From Octopus vulgaris (taxonomy: Eukaryota): a stretch of 64,000 nucleotides of DNA. Positions 38,430 through 52,912 of this stretch are shown piece after piece; the first letter of the stretch is position 1, and every line of letters starts with the position of its first letter. The stretch covers positions 78,616,001 to 78,680,000 of the forward strand of contig OX597821.1 in NCBI GenBank assembly GCA_951406725.2. The letters are read 5' to 3'. Under the pieces are notes generated by a model. It worked only from the letters and a program-made list of their open reading frames with translations, was not told the DNA's origin and searched no databases. The translations under genes and the position numbers were made by a program.

Positions 38430-38721
<292 letters not shown>

Positions 38722-39264
38722 CAATTTACAAACACAGTATAGAGTATGTACATACATATGCTGAAATGCAGCATTTACCATACACACAGAAAGCTTAAAA
38801 TGCAATATATGCTATAAACACATAGAAACACACGTAGTTGAATGGGCGTTGACTACAATTAAAATTCCTAACAGAAAGTCTGTAAAACGCGGAAGGGTGT
38901 GCCTCTCAGTTGGAGATCTAAAAAGACATGTTAAGAGAGTGCATATGGTGGCACCTGTTATTCCTGCCAGCCAGCACAATTCTCTATTATGTAATAAAGG
39001 AGTGGCCGGGCTTCAAAATCCTATAAGGGTATTGCATGGCAACAATCATGAATCATTTCAGCAATTCTTCTTGGCAACGGCTTTCCTCGTGTAACGAGGA
39101 TGCAGCTGTCATACATACATACATAGATAGATACATACATACGTACATACATACATATATGTTATATATATATGTATATATATACTTTCCTTCTTGTTTC
39201 AGCTCAGAGCTGCGGCCATGCTGATGCACTGCCGTTTTGTGCTACACTGTTATTACGAAGAACC

Positions 39265-39700
39265 TCCTCAAATATGTGGCACTTGGTGAAGAATGGAGTT
39301 TGATATAGCTACTCTGATTTGCACCTCTTGTCGTGAGGTAGGTTCATCTGAGACTCTTGACAGGAAGATGTCCAGCTTTGATTTAAAAAACGCTACATCT
39401 ACTTTGTGCAAGTTCCTTAAATTAAAAAGCTGTGGGCCCTTGAAACCCAGGCTCTTGCAGAAGCTGGTCGTGAAGCGTAATGGCATTGCTGGGAACTTTG
39501 GCAATATGCAGTGTCGTCCCGTTCTACCTCTCCCGTCTTCTCCCCAGGGAGTAGAGTCTTAGCTGTTTCAATCTTTCCCAGTAGCTGAGCTGTTGCAAAG
39601 AGACGATCTTCTTTGTGAATCTTCTCTGGATTGCTTCAAGGTCCGCTGTTAATTTCACACTGGTGGGTGACCATAGCTGTGAGCAGTAATCCAGGTGGAT
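39265..39700 (-). mobile_element. CR1/L2-type LINE 3' fragment, right arm only
   Basis: LDYCSQLWSP..DLEAIQRRFTKKI and FKGPQLFN..FFKSKLDIFLSRVSDEP. Confidence 0.8.
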
Positions 39701-39736
39701 TATATATATATATATTATATATTATATATTATATAT

Positions 39737-39767
<31 letters not shown>

Positions 39768-39928
39768 GGCGTAGGAGTGGCTGTGTGGTAAGTAGCTTGT
39801 TTACCGACCACATGGTTCAGGGTTCAGTTCCACTAGGTGACACCTTGGGCAAGTGTCTTCTACTATAGCCTCGGGCCGACCATAGTCTTGTGAGTGGATT
39901 TGGTAGATGGAAACTGAAAGAAGCCCGT

Positions 39929-39981
<53 letters not shown>

Positions 39982-40199
39982 GTGTATGTGCTTGTGTGTC
40001 TGTGTTTGTCCTCCCAACATCGCTTGACAACCGATGCTGGTGTTTTACGTCCCCGTAACTTAGCGGTTCGGCAAAAGAGACCGATAGAATAAGTACTAGG
40101 CTTACAAAGAATAAGTCCTAGGGTCGAATTGCTCGACTGAAGGTGGTGCTTCAGCATGGCCACAGTCAAATGACTGAAACAAGTAAAAGAGTAAAAGAG
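39768..40199 (+). mobile_element. Full-length tRNA-derived SINE (octopus-type)
   Basis: ggagtggctgtgtggtaag...gggttcagttcc..accttgggcaagtgtc head, internal (TA)n and a (gtaaaaga)n tail. Same family at 50879-51257 and 57580-57993. Confidence 0.88.
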
Positions 40200-40231
<32 letters not shown>

Positions 40232-40639
40232 TATATTCACATATAAACCAGTTATACATTCATACGCATACAGCCTTCCCTGTATGTGCATATATACTAC
40301 ACACATAATAATCAAACATACTTTTATATGTGTCCGAATACATACTAAAAGGGCAAGTAGATATATACATACATCCAGACATACATAATACATACATAGA
40401 CACACATAGATACATGCAAACATACTGATATACATATTTATATATACTCCTGTAGAATCATGGATACTTAAATAGTATACATATACATACCGCTCCATGC
40501 ATTATTATGTGCTTAGACGCACACTTATATACATTATAGGTGTCTATCTGATACCCACAGATAAATATTGACATCTATAAATTACATATATATACATATG
40601 TAAGTATATATATATATATCAGAAATTATATAACATATG

Positions 40640-42560
40640 TGCTCTTTATGTAGAGTGGTTCATCTTTTCAAGGTCATACTCGGCTGTCCGTCCAATATAG
40701 TTGTGTCCGCAACCTGAGCAGGTTATTACATAAATTAAGTTCTCAGAGGTACAAGTGAAACTAGTTTTAATTGTGAATCTCTGTCCTTGTTTGAAAATGA
40801 AATCCGAACCTTCAAGTACGTTGGAGCAGGTTCTACAGTTTGGGCGTCCACACCTTTTAACCGTTGGTTTCGTGGTTGTTTTGTAAAGCTTCTCATTTGT
40901 TAGTAGTCTCTTTAGCGATGCGATTTGTGTTGCTTTTTGCATTTGATGAATTTGTGCGCTTTCAGGATGTCGTTGAATTTAGGATCTCTATTTAGTGAAG
41001 GAAGATTTTGCAGAATAGTGTTGAACGCCTCACAATGAGGTTGTATGTTGATATAAATAGTAATGTTTTGGGATGAGGTGTAATGTGATGTTTTTTTTGT
41101 TCTTAGTGTTTTTATGTCTAGGTTTTTGGCACGTTTAATTCCCTCGTCTATAAGTGAGGGTGGATATTGTCTTTCAGTAAGCGTTGTTTGAGACCTTGAA
41201 GACGAAGATCCCGAGTTGTTCTTTCAGACACTATTGTGCAAATCTTTTTTGCCAAATTTAAGGGGATATTTATTTTGATGTGTTTCGGGGTGGCAAGAGC
41301 TAAAGCGGAGATATTGTTTTGAGTCAGTTGGTTTATAATAAATGTCAGTTATGATTTGATTGTTGACTTTTATTATCATGGTATCTAAAAATGGGGGCTA
41401 TTCTTTGTTATATTCCATTGTGAATTGAATGTTACTATTTATATCATTTAGTGTTGATTTGAAATTCAAAAGTTTGTCGATGTTCTCCTTCCAAATGATA
41501 AAACAGTCTTCCACGTATCTTTTCGAACTTTCTCTTACGTAAAAGTAAAATGGGTAACCATATTTCTGAAGTGATACTTCATATAAAGTAAATTCAAAAT
41601 AACCCATTATTGGGTTTGCAAGAACAGGGAATGCTTTCGCTCCCATCACAATTCCGCAACTTTGAAGATAGTCTAAGTCATCAAATAGGAAATAATTGTT
41701 CTGAATTATAAATTTTAAAGATCTGATTTATGCGTTCAGGAAGTACTTCGGGGCACTTTTCCAACCTGAATTTAATTGCTTTTATTCCATAGTCATGTGG
41801 GATGGTGAAAAGATTGATAACATCGTGTGTAACCATTATTGCCTCTTCATTAATTGGGTCATCATTAATTTTTTTTTTTTTTGCAGACACAACTATATTG
41901 AACAGACGAGCATGACCATGAGAATATGAACCACTCTACATAAAGAGCAAATCTGTTTCAGGCAATACAGGCAAATTCCTCTCACTGAACATATAGAAAA
42001 ATGTGCAGATAACATCAAACCAAATTTCACAGCCTCCCCCTTCTACCAGTGCAAAGACACAATCTCTCCATGAGAACGTTTACAAAAAGAAACTGTTTTC
42101 ATTGAAAATACCGAACACTGTCTTAATATGCACGCATAACCAACTTTTATCTTTTTGCATATTTTGATTCACGATTACATCACTGTACATAAATCCCCTC
42201 ACTATACAAGATTTTCGAAACCCAATTTTTTGTGTGTACATATATATTCCCCTCCCCTTACGGAAAGCTGAACAGCTATCTCCCAATAATAACGATAACC
42301 AATTACCTCCTCTTATTTTTCTACTTGTGAAGTCATTCACTCGTAAATATCATCACACACAAAATGGACAAAACTTTTTTCTTAAGAAAATACATATTCA
42401 AATAAGTAAACCATAAAATCATGAATAGCAAAAGCGAAACTGGTCGATATATTGAAAATGATATTAAAACTACATAAAGTGTGTGTAATTTCCTTTTTTA
42501 ATTTTTGATATATATTACAACTCACCACGTGGGGATAATCGAATTTCCTCCTTTTCTGTT
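40640..42560 (-). mobile_element. Penelope-like element, mirror copy of 31680-33575
   Basis: ORF 40646-40942: KRCGRPNCRTC..TCTSENLIYVITCSGCGHNYIGRT. ORF 41398-41649 is an RT fragment. Confidence 0.88.
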
Positions 42561-42564
42561 ACTA

Positions 42565-42565
42565 C

Positions 42566-42613
<48 letters not shown>

Positions 42614-42655
42614 CATACACAAACACTCTCTTATATATATACATACACACACACT

Positions 42656-42712
<57 letters not shown>

Positions 42713-42715
42713 GTA

Positions 42716-42784
<69 letters not shown>

Positions 42785-42837
42785 GTATATATATATTTAT
42801 ATATATATATATATATATATTTATAGATATATATATT

Positions 42838-42893
<56 letters not shown>

Positions 42894-42943
42894 AGATATA
42901 TAAGATATATATATGTATATATATAAGATTTATATATATGTAT

Positions 42944-42985
<42 letters not shown>

Positions 42986-42994
42986 AGATTTATA

Positions 42995-43072
<78 letters not shown>
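42565..43072. repeat. Expanded degenerate (TA)n tract
   Basis: ~500 bp here versus ~70 bp at the mirrored position 31612-31680. Confidence 0.9.
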
Positions 43073-43073
<1 letters not shown>

Positions 43074-43649
43074 TGTCATGATAGATCGCTAACCCCTTAA
43101 CCTTTTTCTAATTTCTCTCTCTGTTTATTTCTGTGCTCCTTTCTGTGTATGATACGATTCGCCATCAGACAGGATGTTCACTTCTTTCTGATAAGCAGGC
43201 AGCCTTCATAGGAAAGTAAATGGTACCTGGTCATCAGAAGGAAGCTTCTGAATGTTTTCAATTCTTGTTACAACCTGTTGGATAATTTTTAATGCATTTT
43301 CATGATTGTTTCATTTGCTAACATGTTCAAATTATATAGATAGATCAATATGTATCGAATTAAAATAAATATATTATTAACAACTTAACCGATCGAAGAC
43401 AAATCTGGCATTCAAATGAAATAAATACTGTAAAGTGGTTTGAACCATAATTACAATGCGAGTTATCCAGTGCTATGTATCCAAAGCAACAGAAAGCTGT
43501 TATACATTAAACTGTCAATATATTGTGATTTTAAAATATACCTCTTTCGTTCACCAACCGTATCAATACAAGTAGATTGGTTTGATTGTGAAGATCAATG
43601 GGTAGAAGTAGATATTTATTAAAATTGAACTGAAGCAAATGGTAAAGCT

Positions 43650-43773
43650 CATCATTTACTTATCATCTGAATTGCAAAGCACTCTGAGAAGAGAGAAGAA
43701 AGCAACTTCATAATACCTCTTAGTTTAAGAACGCATTTAAGAAAAGAGAAATATTTTGACGGCAACTTCTAAG
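43650..43773 (+). promoter_or_regulatory. Candidate non-coding first exon of the PAN-domain gene
   Basis: Non-repeat sequence ending in a perfect AAG|GTAAGT donor (GT at 43774). The coding exon at 52911 has an acceptor 2 nt before its ATG, which implies an upstream exon. The start coordinate is a guess. Confidence 0.45.
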
Positions 43774-44126
43774 GTAAGTTAATGTTGTTCACCTATCTTT
43801 ACGTCTGTGGGAAATATTTCACGATATTATTTTAAGACCATATCATCTTTATCGAAACCAGTGCAAACAGATAAGCTGGTTTCACCAGTCAGTAGAACTA
43901 ACTTTACTTTTATTCTGTACCTAATCTTGTTTCTTACTGTTAAAAAAATGTGTTTCTGTGATCCCTTTTGATTGCTTTTTTTTCCCGATCCTTTTTGATC
44001 GGAATTTTACATTTGTTTCCTTTTTTGTTCCTTTTTTCTTTTTCCATTTTCGAAAAGAAAAGCTCTACATTTGTATTTGTCCCCTCTGTATTCAGCCCTG
44101 TGTGGCCAATAAAGAAAGCTATCTCT

Positions 44127-44175
<49 letters not shown>

Positions 44176-44224
44176 CTATCTATCCATCCATCCATCCACC
44201 CATCCATCTATCTATCTATCTGTA

Positions 44225-44287
<63 letters not shown>

Positions 44288-45063
44288 TTTCCTATCTAGC
44301 CTCGATTTCATGTGGGTCTTCGCCACCCACATGCTCCCTAGGAAGTTTGGAATCTGAATCTCAGTAGCATTTCTAAACCCGGCGCTATTTTACTCCCATC
44401 AACTTGGTTGGTTGTTTGAGGGCTACACTCCTTGCATGTTTTTCTTTTTTATTCCACACATCGTCCGGCCCGTTGTAACTCATCTTCATCCAGAAGGAAA
44501 CCTTTCCGATTTGTTGCAGCGAGCGCAAAACGAATCCCCTTTCCATTATCTCTTTTGGATGTAGTCACTCTAGCCTCTATGGTAGAGCCCATGGTAGTGG
44601 CTTCGACGGAGGCGGCACTGGTGTTCACGCTAGTTACAACATTTTCTATTTTAATTACTCACTTTCATTTACATTGTTTAGATATATTTAGTTTTTTATG
44701 GTCTTGTTGTTGCTGTTGTTGTTGTTCACTTGATGCCTTGTTCACCAGTCAGATGTTTTGATTCTGCTAGGGTCAAAAATGTTCGCCTCAGTGCTTGGTT
44801 TTGCTGAGCTGGCGGTGGCGTCGTTTACTATTATCAGCGGTACGCTAGTGTTGTCTTTCTTTTCATATTACTTCTTTCATTGCCATCTTTCAAAATATTT
44901 GCTTTTCCCGAATGTTGAAGGAAGTTTAAAGATATTGAAATGCACCCCTTGAAAAGCATATTGTGTTGCTAAACGGAAATCCTAGCAGCGCAGTGCAGAA
45001 AATGTTTTAAAAAGTTGACGAGGAGATTGAACTCTTTTACTGCTAATGGGGCTTCAATCTACA

Positions 45064-45129
<66 letters not shown>

Positions 45130-45524
45130 TAATAGTAATAATAATAATGATATCGACAACGACAACGATAATGATAATGATAATAATTATAATAATAATA
45201 ATAATAAGTTATAGTTGCAATATCCTTAACTGGGCACTAAATGAACTAACCTAAATAGACAGGAATACCAGAAAAATAATGGCAGGATCTAGGATGCACC
45301 ACCCAAAATCTGACATAGAAAGGTTACATATACAACGTATAGAAGGTGGTGGAGGCCTTATACAGGTAGAAAACTACTACAAAATAACCACCATAGAACG
45401 GCAAAAATACCTACTTCAGAAGCAAGGAAAACTAATGGAAATAGCCACAGAAAACGAACAAAACAAAAAAACTGTTTACATATTCAAGGAAGCTGACAAA
45501 TACAAACAATAAGTCATACTAAGA

Positions 45525-47470
45525 AATAGACAAAGCAAAATCAAGTACTTTTGTACGTATGTCAACAAAGGTTGCGACGCAGCAATATTTAGCCTTCAAC
45601 AAGAACGCTGCTTGGATGAGGGGACTTACTATCAGGTGTGACGATACGTAATTAGGAACGAGGTTATCCTTGCCTTTACACTTCACAAGCGACATCCCAC
45701 CTTCCATCAGTTCACCTGGAAAAGGGTCAATGGGTGTACATCACCGATGTTAATGCTTCTCTGTTGGCAGAAGAACCAAGGGACACAACACTCACTGCAT
45801 TATTTAAGGTTTGTCAAGGTGACTCATTCGCTCAAACCTTGCTGTATGAACAGATTCCATCCTATTATACCTAGAATGGAAAAAATGTCTCCGAAAAAAG
45901 CAGATCAAGATGTTCATTGTTACCCCGGCATTAAGTTTGACAATTGCCTTGGGCGATTTACACAGTACATCCCAGTCAACACGAGTGTCTCTAACGTCGT
46001 CTACTACTAGAAGAGGTCAGAGGGCCAACGACTTTCCTGCCCCTCATACAGTTGATGGTTATGTCTGCGCAACGTACAGAGACGCCTGAATGCGACAAGG
46101 TCTATCAAAAGCCCGTGTACAGTAGAATGCAACTTTGGGAAACTCTGCCGTATCGAAACCACCTAAAAGTCTCAGGGCACTACTTGCAGTATTGCTATAG
46201 ACATACAAACTGCGTGTTTTCCTCGTTATTGCTCAAGTACGGAGACGACCTTGGTGAAGACATTAAGCGGCAAGTTTCACTGCTCTATGCTGATATAGAG
46301 GGCATCAACGATGAAGTCTACAAGAGAGATCTGATTGACATCGAAGACAGAATTGCTACGCCGGGTGGAAATGAATTACCCACATATGGCCTGCCACGAA
46401 CACCGAGGGACAGAAAAAAACATTTGTTACAACGCTCTACCTTGCAGGGTTCAGGCAGCACCAAGATATTGCGGTAGTTCCGGGATTGCAGATATTTTTG
46501 TTGCCCGGTGGTAGAACAATACACTCGACATTTAAGCTACCTCTCAATTTAGAAGCATCTGAGATGCCTTCATGCAACATCAGCAAAAGCTCAGACCAGG
46601 AACCGGTCCTTAGAATGTGTGACCTCGTCGTCTGTGTGAGTGCACCGTGGCTCACAAGGGATCTCTAGAAGCATTAGATACATCAGTCTCCAGTGGGAGT
46701 TGTAATGCTTCTGTTCTCGGTTGATTTCATGCAGATCCTTCCTGTCATTCCCAAAGGCACTAGAACAGATAAGATCCAAGCGAGTGTGAAGTCCTCGCCT
46801 CTGTGTCGTCTTGTTACGATCCTGACTCTGACCACTAACATGCGAGCTCAACTTCATACTGACCAAATGTCCGCAACATTTAAGCTGGATATTTTGACAC
46901 TTGGCGATGGCAAGGTGCACCTAGACGCCGCATGATGATGGCCAGAAAATTACCAAAACCACAATTGGTCACAGAGCAATATTGTCCCCAAAAAACGTCG
47001 CTGTTAATAAACATAACGTACAGACTCACGGACTACTTGCCCACTTATTACGATTTAAAGTTGGAACTCCTGTATGCCGCTCCGAAATCTTGAACCGCCA
47101 CGACCATTCAATGGGACAAGACTGGTAGTAAAGAAAATGTTGCTACAGTTTATCGAGGCAATAATTTATGGATGTAGAAAATGTGATGACGTTTTCATTG
47201 CAAGAATTCCATTTATCCCATCAGGAGAAGAAATTTCCCATTTCATTCAGAAAACTGCAGATCCGTCTTCGTTTCAATTTTCCGATGTCAACTAATAAAT
47301 CCCAGGATCAGGCCGTCTGTGACTGGCATATTCTTCGACGAGTCCTTTTTTCCGAACAACTGTATGTTGGCTGCACAAAACAAACAACTTTACATACGCT
47401 CAAGAAAAACAAGGAACATTGTTTACAATGAGGTTTTATAATCACAACAGCATGAACGAAGACACGTGAT
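45525..47470 (+). mobile_element. Decayed Helitron, mirror copy
   Basis: ORFs 45747-46010, 46486-46668, 46693-46935 and 47074-47295 mirror those in 26570-29010. Confidence 0.9.
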
Positions 47471-47558
47471 CACATTTTCTTTACCAAACCTTATGTGCTT
47501 TTATGTATGTATGCCTGTATCTGTCTATCTATCTATCTAATCTATCTATCTATCTATC

Positions 47559-47615
<57 letters not shown>

Positions 47616-48618
47616 GAATAATTATTGAATAATTATTGCGGCATTTACTGTTAAATTAGCAGTTCGTACATGTGCTTTTATTTCGTTAATCGATTAACAC
47701 AATATAACATTTAATAGAGGTAATCTTGCTATAGAAAAATATAGTTCACGACTTTTTATACGAACACGAAAACGACGACGACAACGTGACATTTTCTATA
47801 TGAGTGAGTATGTGTGTAATGTGTGTGTGTGTGTGTGTGTGAATGTGTACGAGTCTCAGTTTGTGTGCATTTCCGTGTTCGGCGTCAACGTCATACTTCG
47901 TATATGAATGTCTATGTTTGTGTGAGTGCATCATTATATATATCCCCGTGACTGTGTGTGTGTTTTCACGTTAGATATATCTTTAAAGATGGACACACAT
48001 ATCCACACATGCATATGTATATGTGTCTATGACATGCGTAAATATATGCCTGTATGTGTCTCTCTTACTATATGTATATCATGGTCCCAAAACGTTTTCA
48101 ATTTCTCACCTAATGCGGGCCCGGAGCAATGTCTTGCACTGGTTCTTTATTAGGTGTCAAAAGTGAAACAATAACATCTATATTGTGAAATAATATTGTT
48201 TCCATTTTTATTCTTCCGGTATTAATTCTAATGTGATAACACTATAATATTGTAACACTTTTATTCATTCACTTTCAATTTTCATGCGACAACACTAAGA
48301 TCCTCTTAGTTTATATATTTACAGTACAATTGCCAGTTAATAATTATCGTAGCAGTTCCAAATTTGCAAGCCATTTACAGTAACATACAAACCCTTAAAT
48401 TAATATTTAATACGTGTACTTAATCTTTAGTGGTTCGACAAATGACGACGATAAAATCAGTACTAGGCTTACAAAGAATGAATACTGGGGGTCGATTTAT
48501 TTGATTAGAGGCGGTGCTCCAGCATGTCCGCACTCAAATGGCTGAAACATGTAAAACAATAAATAAACCACGCCATTCTAGTCTGGAGCAACGCCAAGTA
48601 TCTCAGCTAATATATATA

Positions 48619-49858
48619 CAGGCGTTGGACAAAATAATGGAAACACCTAACATCAGCATCATAATGTTGAAATATCTATAAAACTATCAAGAGCTTGTTG
48701 ATTTTTATGTCTTTTGATTTATTATTAGTGTTGCTTAATATGTTTTGCTAAAATAGTTGTTTCTCTTCAGATATCATCAGAAAAATGAAAGTAAACTTCA
48801 TTAAAATAACAGATCTATCGGACTTTCAAACAGGTGAAATTGTTGTTGCTCGTATGGCAGGCGGTAGGTTAATGAAAACAGCCGAAATGTTTGGTGTATC
48901 AAGAGGTACTCTCTCGAAAGTAATAATAGCCTTTGAGAAAGAGTAAAAAAACCTCCTCGTCCAAACAAAACTCCGGAAGAAAAACAATACTTTCAGATAG
49001 GGACCGTTGGACTATTATGCAAATTCTTAGAAAGGATCACAGAAGTACAGCCCGAAAAATTACTGCAGAGCTTAATGAACACCTCCGGGACCCAGATTCC
49101 ACAAAAACTCTTCGCCGAGAGCTGCAAAAACCTGGATTTCACGGGAAGGCTGCAATCAGAAAATCACTACCTTCAGATACAAACATCGAAAAGCATTTAG
49201 AATGGAATAAAATCCTACAGAATTGGTCCCTAGAGCAGCTGAAAAAGTTATTTTCTCGGATGATTCATCCTTTATCTTATTTCCAACCACCGGCCGAGTA
49301 CACGTGAGGAGACAACCAAAATAAACATTTGTCCCAGAATGCCTTCTTCCAAGTGTTAAACATGGATGAGGATCTGTGATGATCTGGCGTGGGGGCTATT
49401 TATTGGACTTCCGCTAGCCCAATGGTTTCTCTTTATGGTAGAATTAATAGTCAAGGCAATCTAAGCATTTCATTTGATCAAATCCATCCTATGGTTGCGG
49501 AACTGTTTCTGGAGGGAAACGCAATGTTTCAGGATGACAATGCACCAATTAACACAGCTAAAATGTTTACTGAAGTTGAACATCTGGCCACCACAGTCCC
49601 CAGATCTCAATATTATTGAACATTTTTGGTGCATTTCTGTAAAACAAGAGTTGATATATTCCATCATCACCATTACAAGAACTGGAGACTCTTTAGCTGG
49701 AGATTGGACACAATTTCCTTTGGAAACAATTCAAACTTTTTATGAGTTTATACCTCACAGAATCGAAGTTGGTAATTACTGCGAAAGTCGGTCCTACTCA
49801 AATTTAAATAAATTTGTTTGATATTTTAAGGTGTTTCCATTACTTTGGACAAACCCTG
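48619..49858 (+). mobile_element. Full-length but frameshifted Tc1-like transposon
   Basis: TIRs caggcgttggacaaaataatggaaacacct / aggtgtttccattactttggacaaaccctg. Motifs SGRKTILSDRD, FQDDNAP and WPPQSPDLNIIE. Confidence 0.92.
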
Positions 49859-49910
49859 TGTATGTATGTATGTATGTATGTATGTATGTATGTATGTATG
49901 TATGTATGTA

Positions 49911-50520
49911 TGTATTAGGGTAAATGTTTTAAAATTTTCCTTTAATTTCTGAATTACTACTACTTGGCGGTTTGAGTCCTGGTTGCTCTTTCTAGTGGGT
50001 CGAATGGCCTATTAAGCCCATTCCTCAATTGTTGTTGAATTTATATATATAGTCTTTGACTATTTTCTCTTTCTCACTAGACCGCTGGTGGCGATAAATT
50101 TCTATTGAATTTTTTGCTACCCTATATTGATTAATTGATGATTTTCTGACTAATTCTGAAATTGAATCAGTAGTTTATATTTACTGCTGATAAGTTGGCG
50201 CGAGTACGATGGTTTTGAAAATTTTAGGGCAGATATTCCTAGGGCATAGATACAACTGCCTCGTGTATATCTGTCTCTCCTGGCTTCTTTACCGATGAGG
50301 TGTAGCCTTTGGTGGATTGACTTAATTTAATTTAATTAAGCTGGTTTGCCATTAAAAACACCGAAACAATGCATTGTCTAAAGATGAATTAGGGTAAATG
50401 TTTTAAATTTTCCTTTAATATCTGAATTACTACTACTTGGCGGTTTGAGTCCTGGCTGCTCTTTCTAGTGGGTCGAATGGCCTATTAAGGCCATTCCTCA
50501 ATTGCTGTTGAATTTATATG
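49911..50520 (+). mobile_element. Retrozyme-like / PLE pseudo-LTR insertion: ~1.3 copies of a 474-bp unit, right arm only
   Basis: ttagggtaaatgtttt...gttgaatttatat at 49915-50047 is repeated at 50389-50520. Contains a hammerhead motif and no meaningful ORF. Confidence 0.75.
50286..50384 (+). ncRNA. Type I hammerhead ribozyme motif (core variant CCGAUGA)
   Basis: tcttta-CCGATGA-ggtgt...acacc-GAAA-caatgcattg-TC-taaaga. Helix I 6 bp, helix II 5 bp, palindromic helix III, GUC triplet with predicted cleavage after 50378. Confidence 0.8.
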
Positions 50521-50586
50521 CATATATATATATATGCACATACACACACATATATATATATACATACACGCACATATAATGTATAA

Positions 50587-50660
<74 letters not shown>

Positions 50661-50798
50661 AGTTTGCAACTTCCTCGTGTGGAATAATTTTTAAAATCTT
50701 CGTAGAATTCAAGTTGTTAATTACTGCGAAAGGCGGTCCTATACAAATTTAAGATAAATTTGTTCGAAATTTTAAGGTGATTCCATTAATTTGGGCTA

Positions 50799-50853
<55 letters not shown>

Positions 50854-50878
50854 AACACACACACACACACATATATAT

Positions 50879-51255
50879 TACTCTTTACTCTCTTTTGCTC
50901 TTTTACTTGTTTCAGTCATTTGACTGCGGCCATGCTGGAGTACCGCCTTTAATCGAGCAACTCAACCCTAGGACTTATTCTTTGTAAGCCCAGTACTTAT
51001 TCTATCGGTCTCTTTTGCCGAACCACTAAGTGACGGGGACATAAACACACCAGCATCGGTTGTCAAGCAATGATAGGGGGACAAACACAAACATACACGC
51101 ACACACGCATATACATATATATACATATATACGACAGGCTTTTTTCAGTTTCCGTCTACCAAATCAACTCACAGGCTTTAGTCGGCCCGAGGCTATATTA
51201 GAAGACACTTTCCCAAGGTGCCACGCAGTGGGAATGAACCCGGAACTACGTGGTT

Positions 51256-51257
<2 letters not shown>
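50879..51257 (-). mobile_element. tRNA-derived SINE, 5'-truncated, right arm only
   Basis: Reverse-complement match to 39800-40199. Confidence 0.85.
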
Positions 51258-51310
<53 letters not shown>

Positions 51311-52520
51311 AGTTTGCAACTTTATCATCTGGGATATTATTTTTTTAAATCCAGATATCAACTGGTTTTATCAAATGTATTGAAAGAAAGTTCTGCAACA
51401 TATTTGGATAAACCAATAATGTGTAAAGTAAATGAAAGAAAATAAAGAAATAGAGCGGAAACTTAGTTAATTTTATTTGTGTTACGATGAAGAAAGTAAT
51501 ACATAAAATATTTGAGATCAAAAGAAACAGAATCAACAAAAGAAATAATTATAAAAGAATCCTACATATGTTTCAATCCTGCCATTATATTTAGATCATC
51601 TCCATTCAAGCGATGATAGATGTAAAATAACCCCATATTATGCCTGAATATCGTCAGGGAAGATATTTACATTCTGGCGGTGAGCAACGAAATAATAATG
51701 TAAACAATAATTTATTAGGACGCCGTGGTCGTATGGAGCGTTATTATCAAACGAAATCTTGCTAAAATACTATAATATATTTGACAAATTCAGTATTATA
51801 TAGTGAAATAACTATTAGTTATTTAGCATTTCAATGTACTCTTGTATAAATTCCATTATTCAGGTGAAAATGTTTGTTTACATACTTTGGAGAGGAATTT
51901 AAATATGTATGCGCAAAGAATTAAGAAAGAAAAAAAAAAGATTTTATGAGGGGCGAAAAATAATGAATTGTAAAAAAATGGAAGAAAAGTGGGAGAAGAA
52001 AAACCCATGAATTTTTTATGTGGGGTATAAGATACAAAAAGATTTGGAAATAAAAGAGGAAAAAGGGAAATGCTATGTTATATTGTATGCTATGATAATA
52101 ATTTAGAATGTATTTCGGACAAAAGTTACAATAACTATTATTTTTAGCATTTCAGTGTACTAAGTTATACTTTCTATTGTTCATACTTTCCTTTGTTCTA
52201 AGAAAAGTAGTATGTATATAAAAAAATTATGGGAGAACTTAAATTTTTATGCGAAAAAAATGTTTAATATGAGGTAGATTTTATAATCCGTTAGATTTTT
52301 CTAAAGTATAACTTTAATAACTAGCAAACTCCCTTTCTTCGTGTAGTCAAACATTTTTTACTCTACGATTTTACCATGATATAAAAAATATAATTTGTTT
52401 TACTAGTGAATTATATATATAAGATTTATGGATAATATATATATATATGAGCGTCCAATAATACTATATTTGTTCCACGTCCTCACGTTGTTGTGTATTT
52501 TTGTGCTTTCTTGTTTGGAT

Positions 52521-52621
<101 letters not shown>

Positions 52622-52834
52622 GGAGCTGTGGAGGTTTGTTTATAAGATTTTAGAAAATAAATGATAAGTCCTAGTAATATTGGAGATTCTTTTACGCTTA
52701 TTTCTTTTGTTGATTCTATTCTTTTTTTATCTCAAATCTTTTATGTATGACTTTATTCATCGAGATTCAAATAAATGTAACAAAGAATCCACTATATTAC
52801 TGCTCCATTTCCTTTTATTAACTGTATACACACA

Positions 52835-52871
<37 letters not shown>

Positions 52872-52912
52872 ACACACATACATGTATATATTGCTTTATA
52901 TATTTTTCAGGA

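Noticed and set aside
49915-49920. TTAGGG telomeric hexamer at the start of the 474-bp unit
   Set aside because: Single occurrence per unit, with no array.
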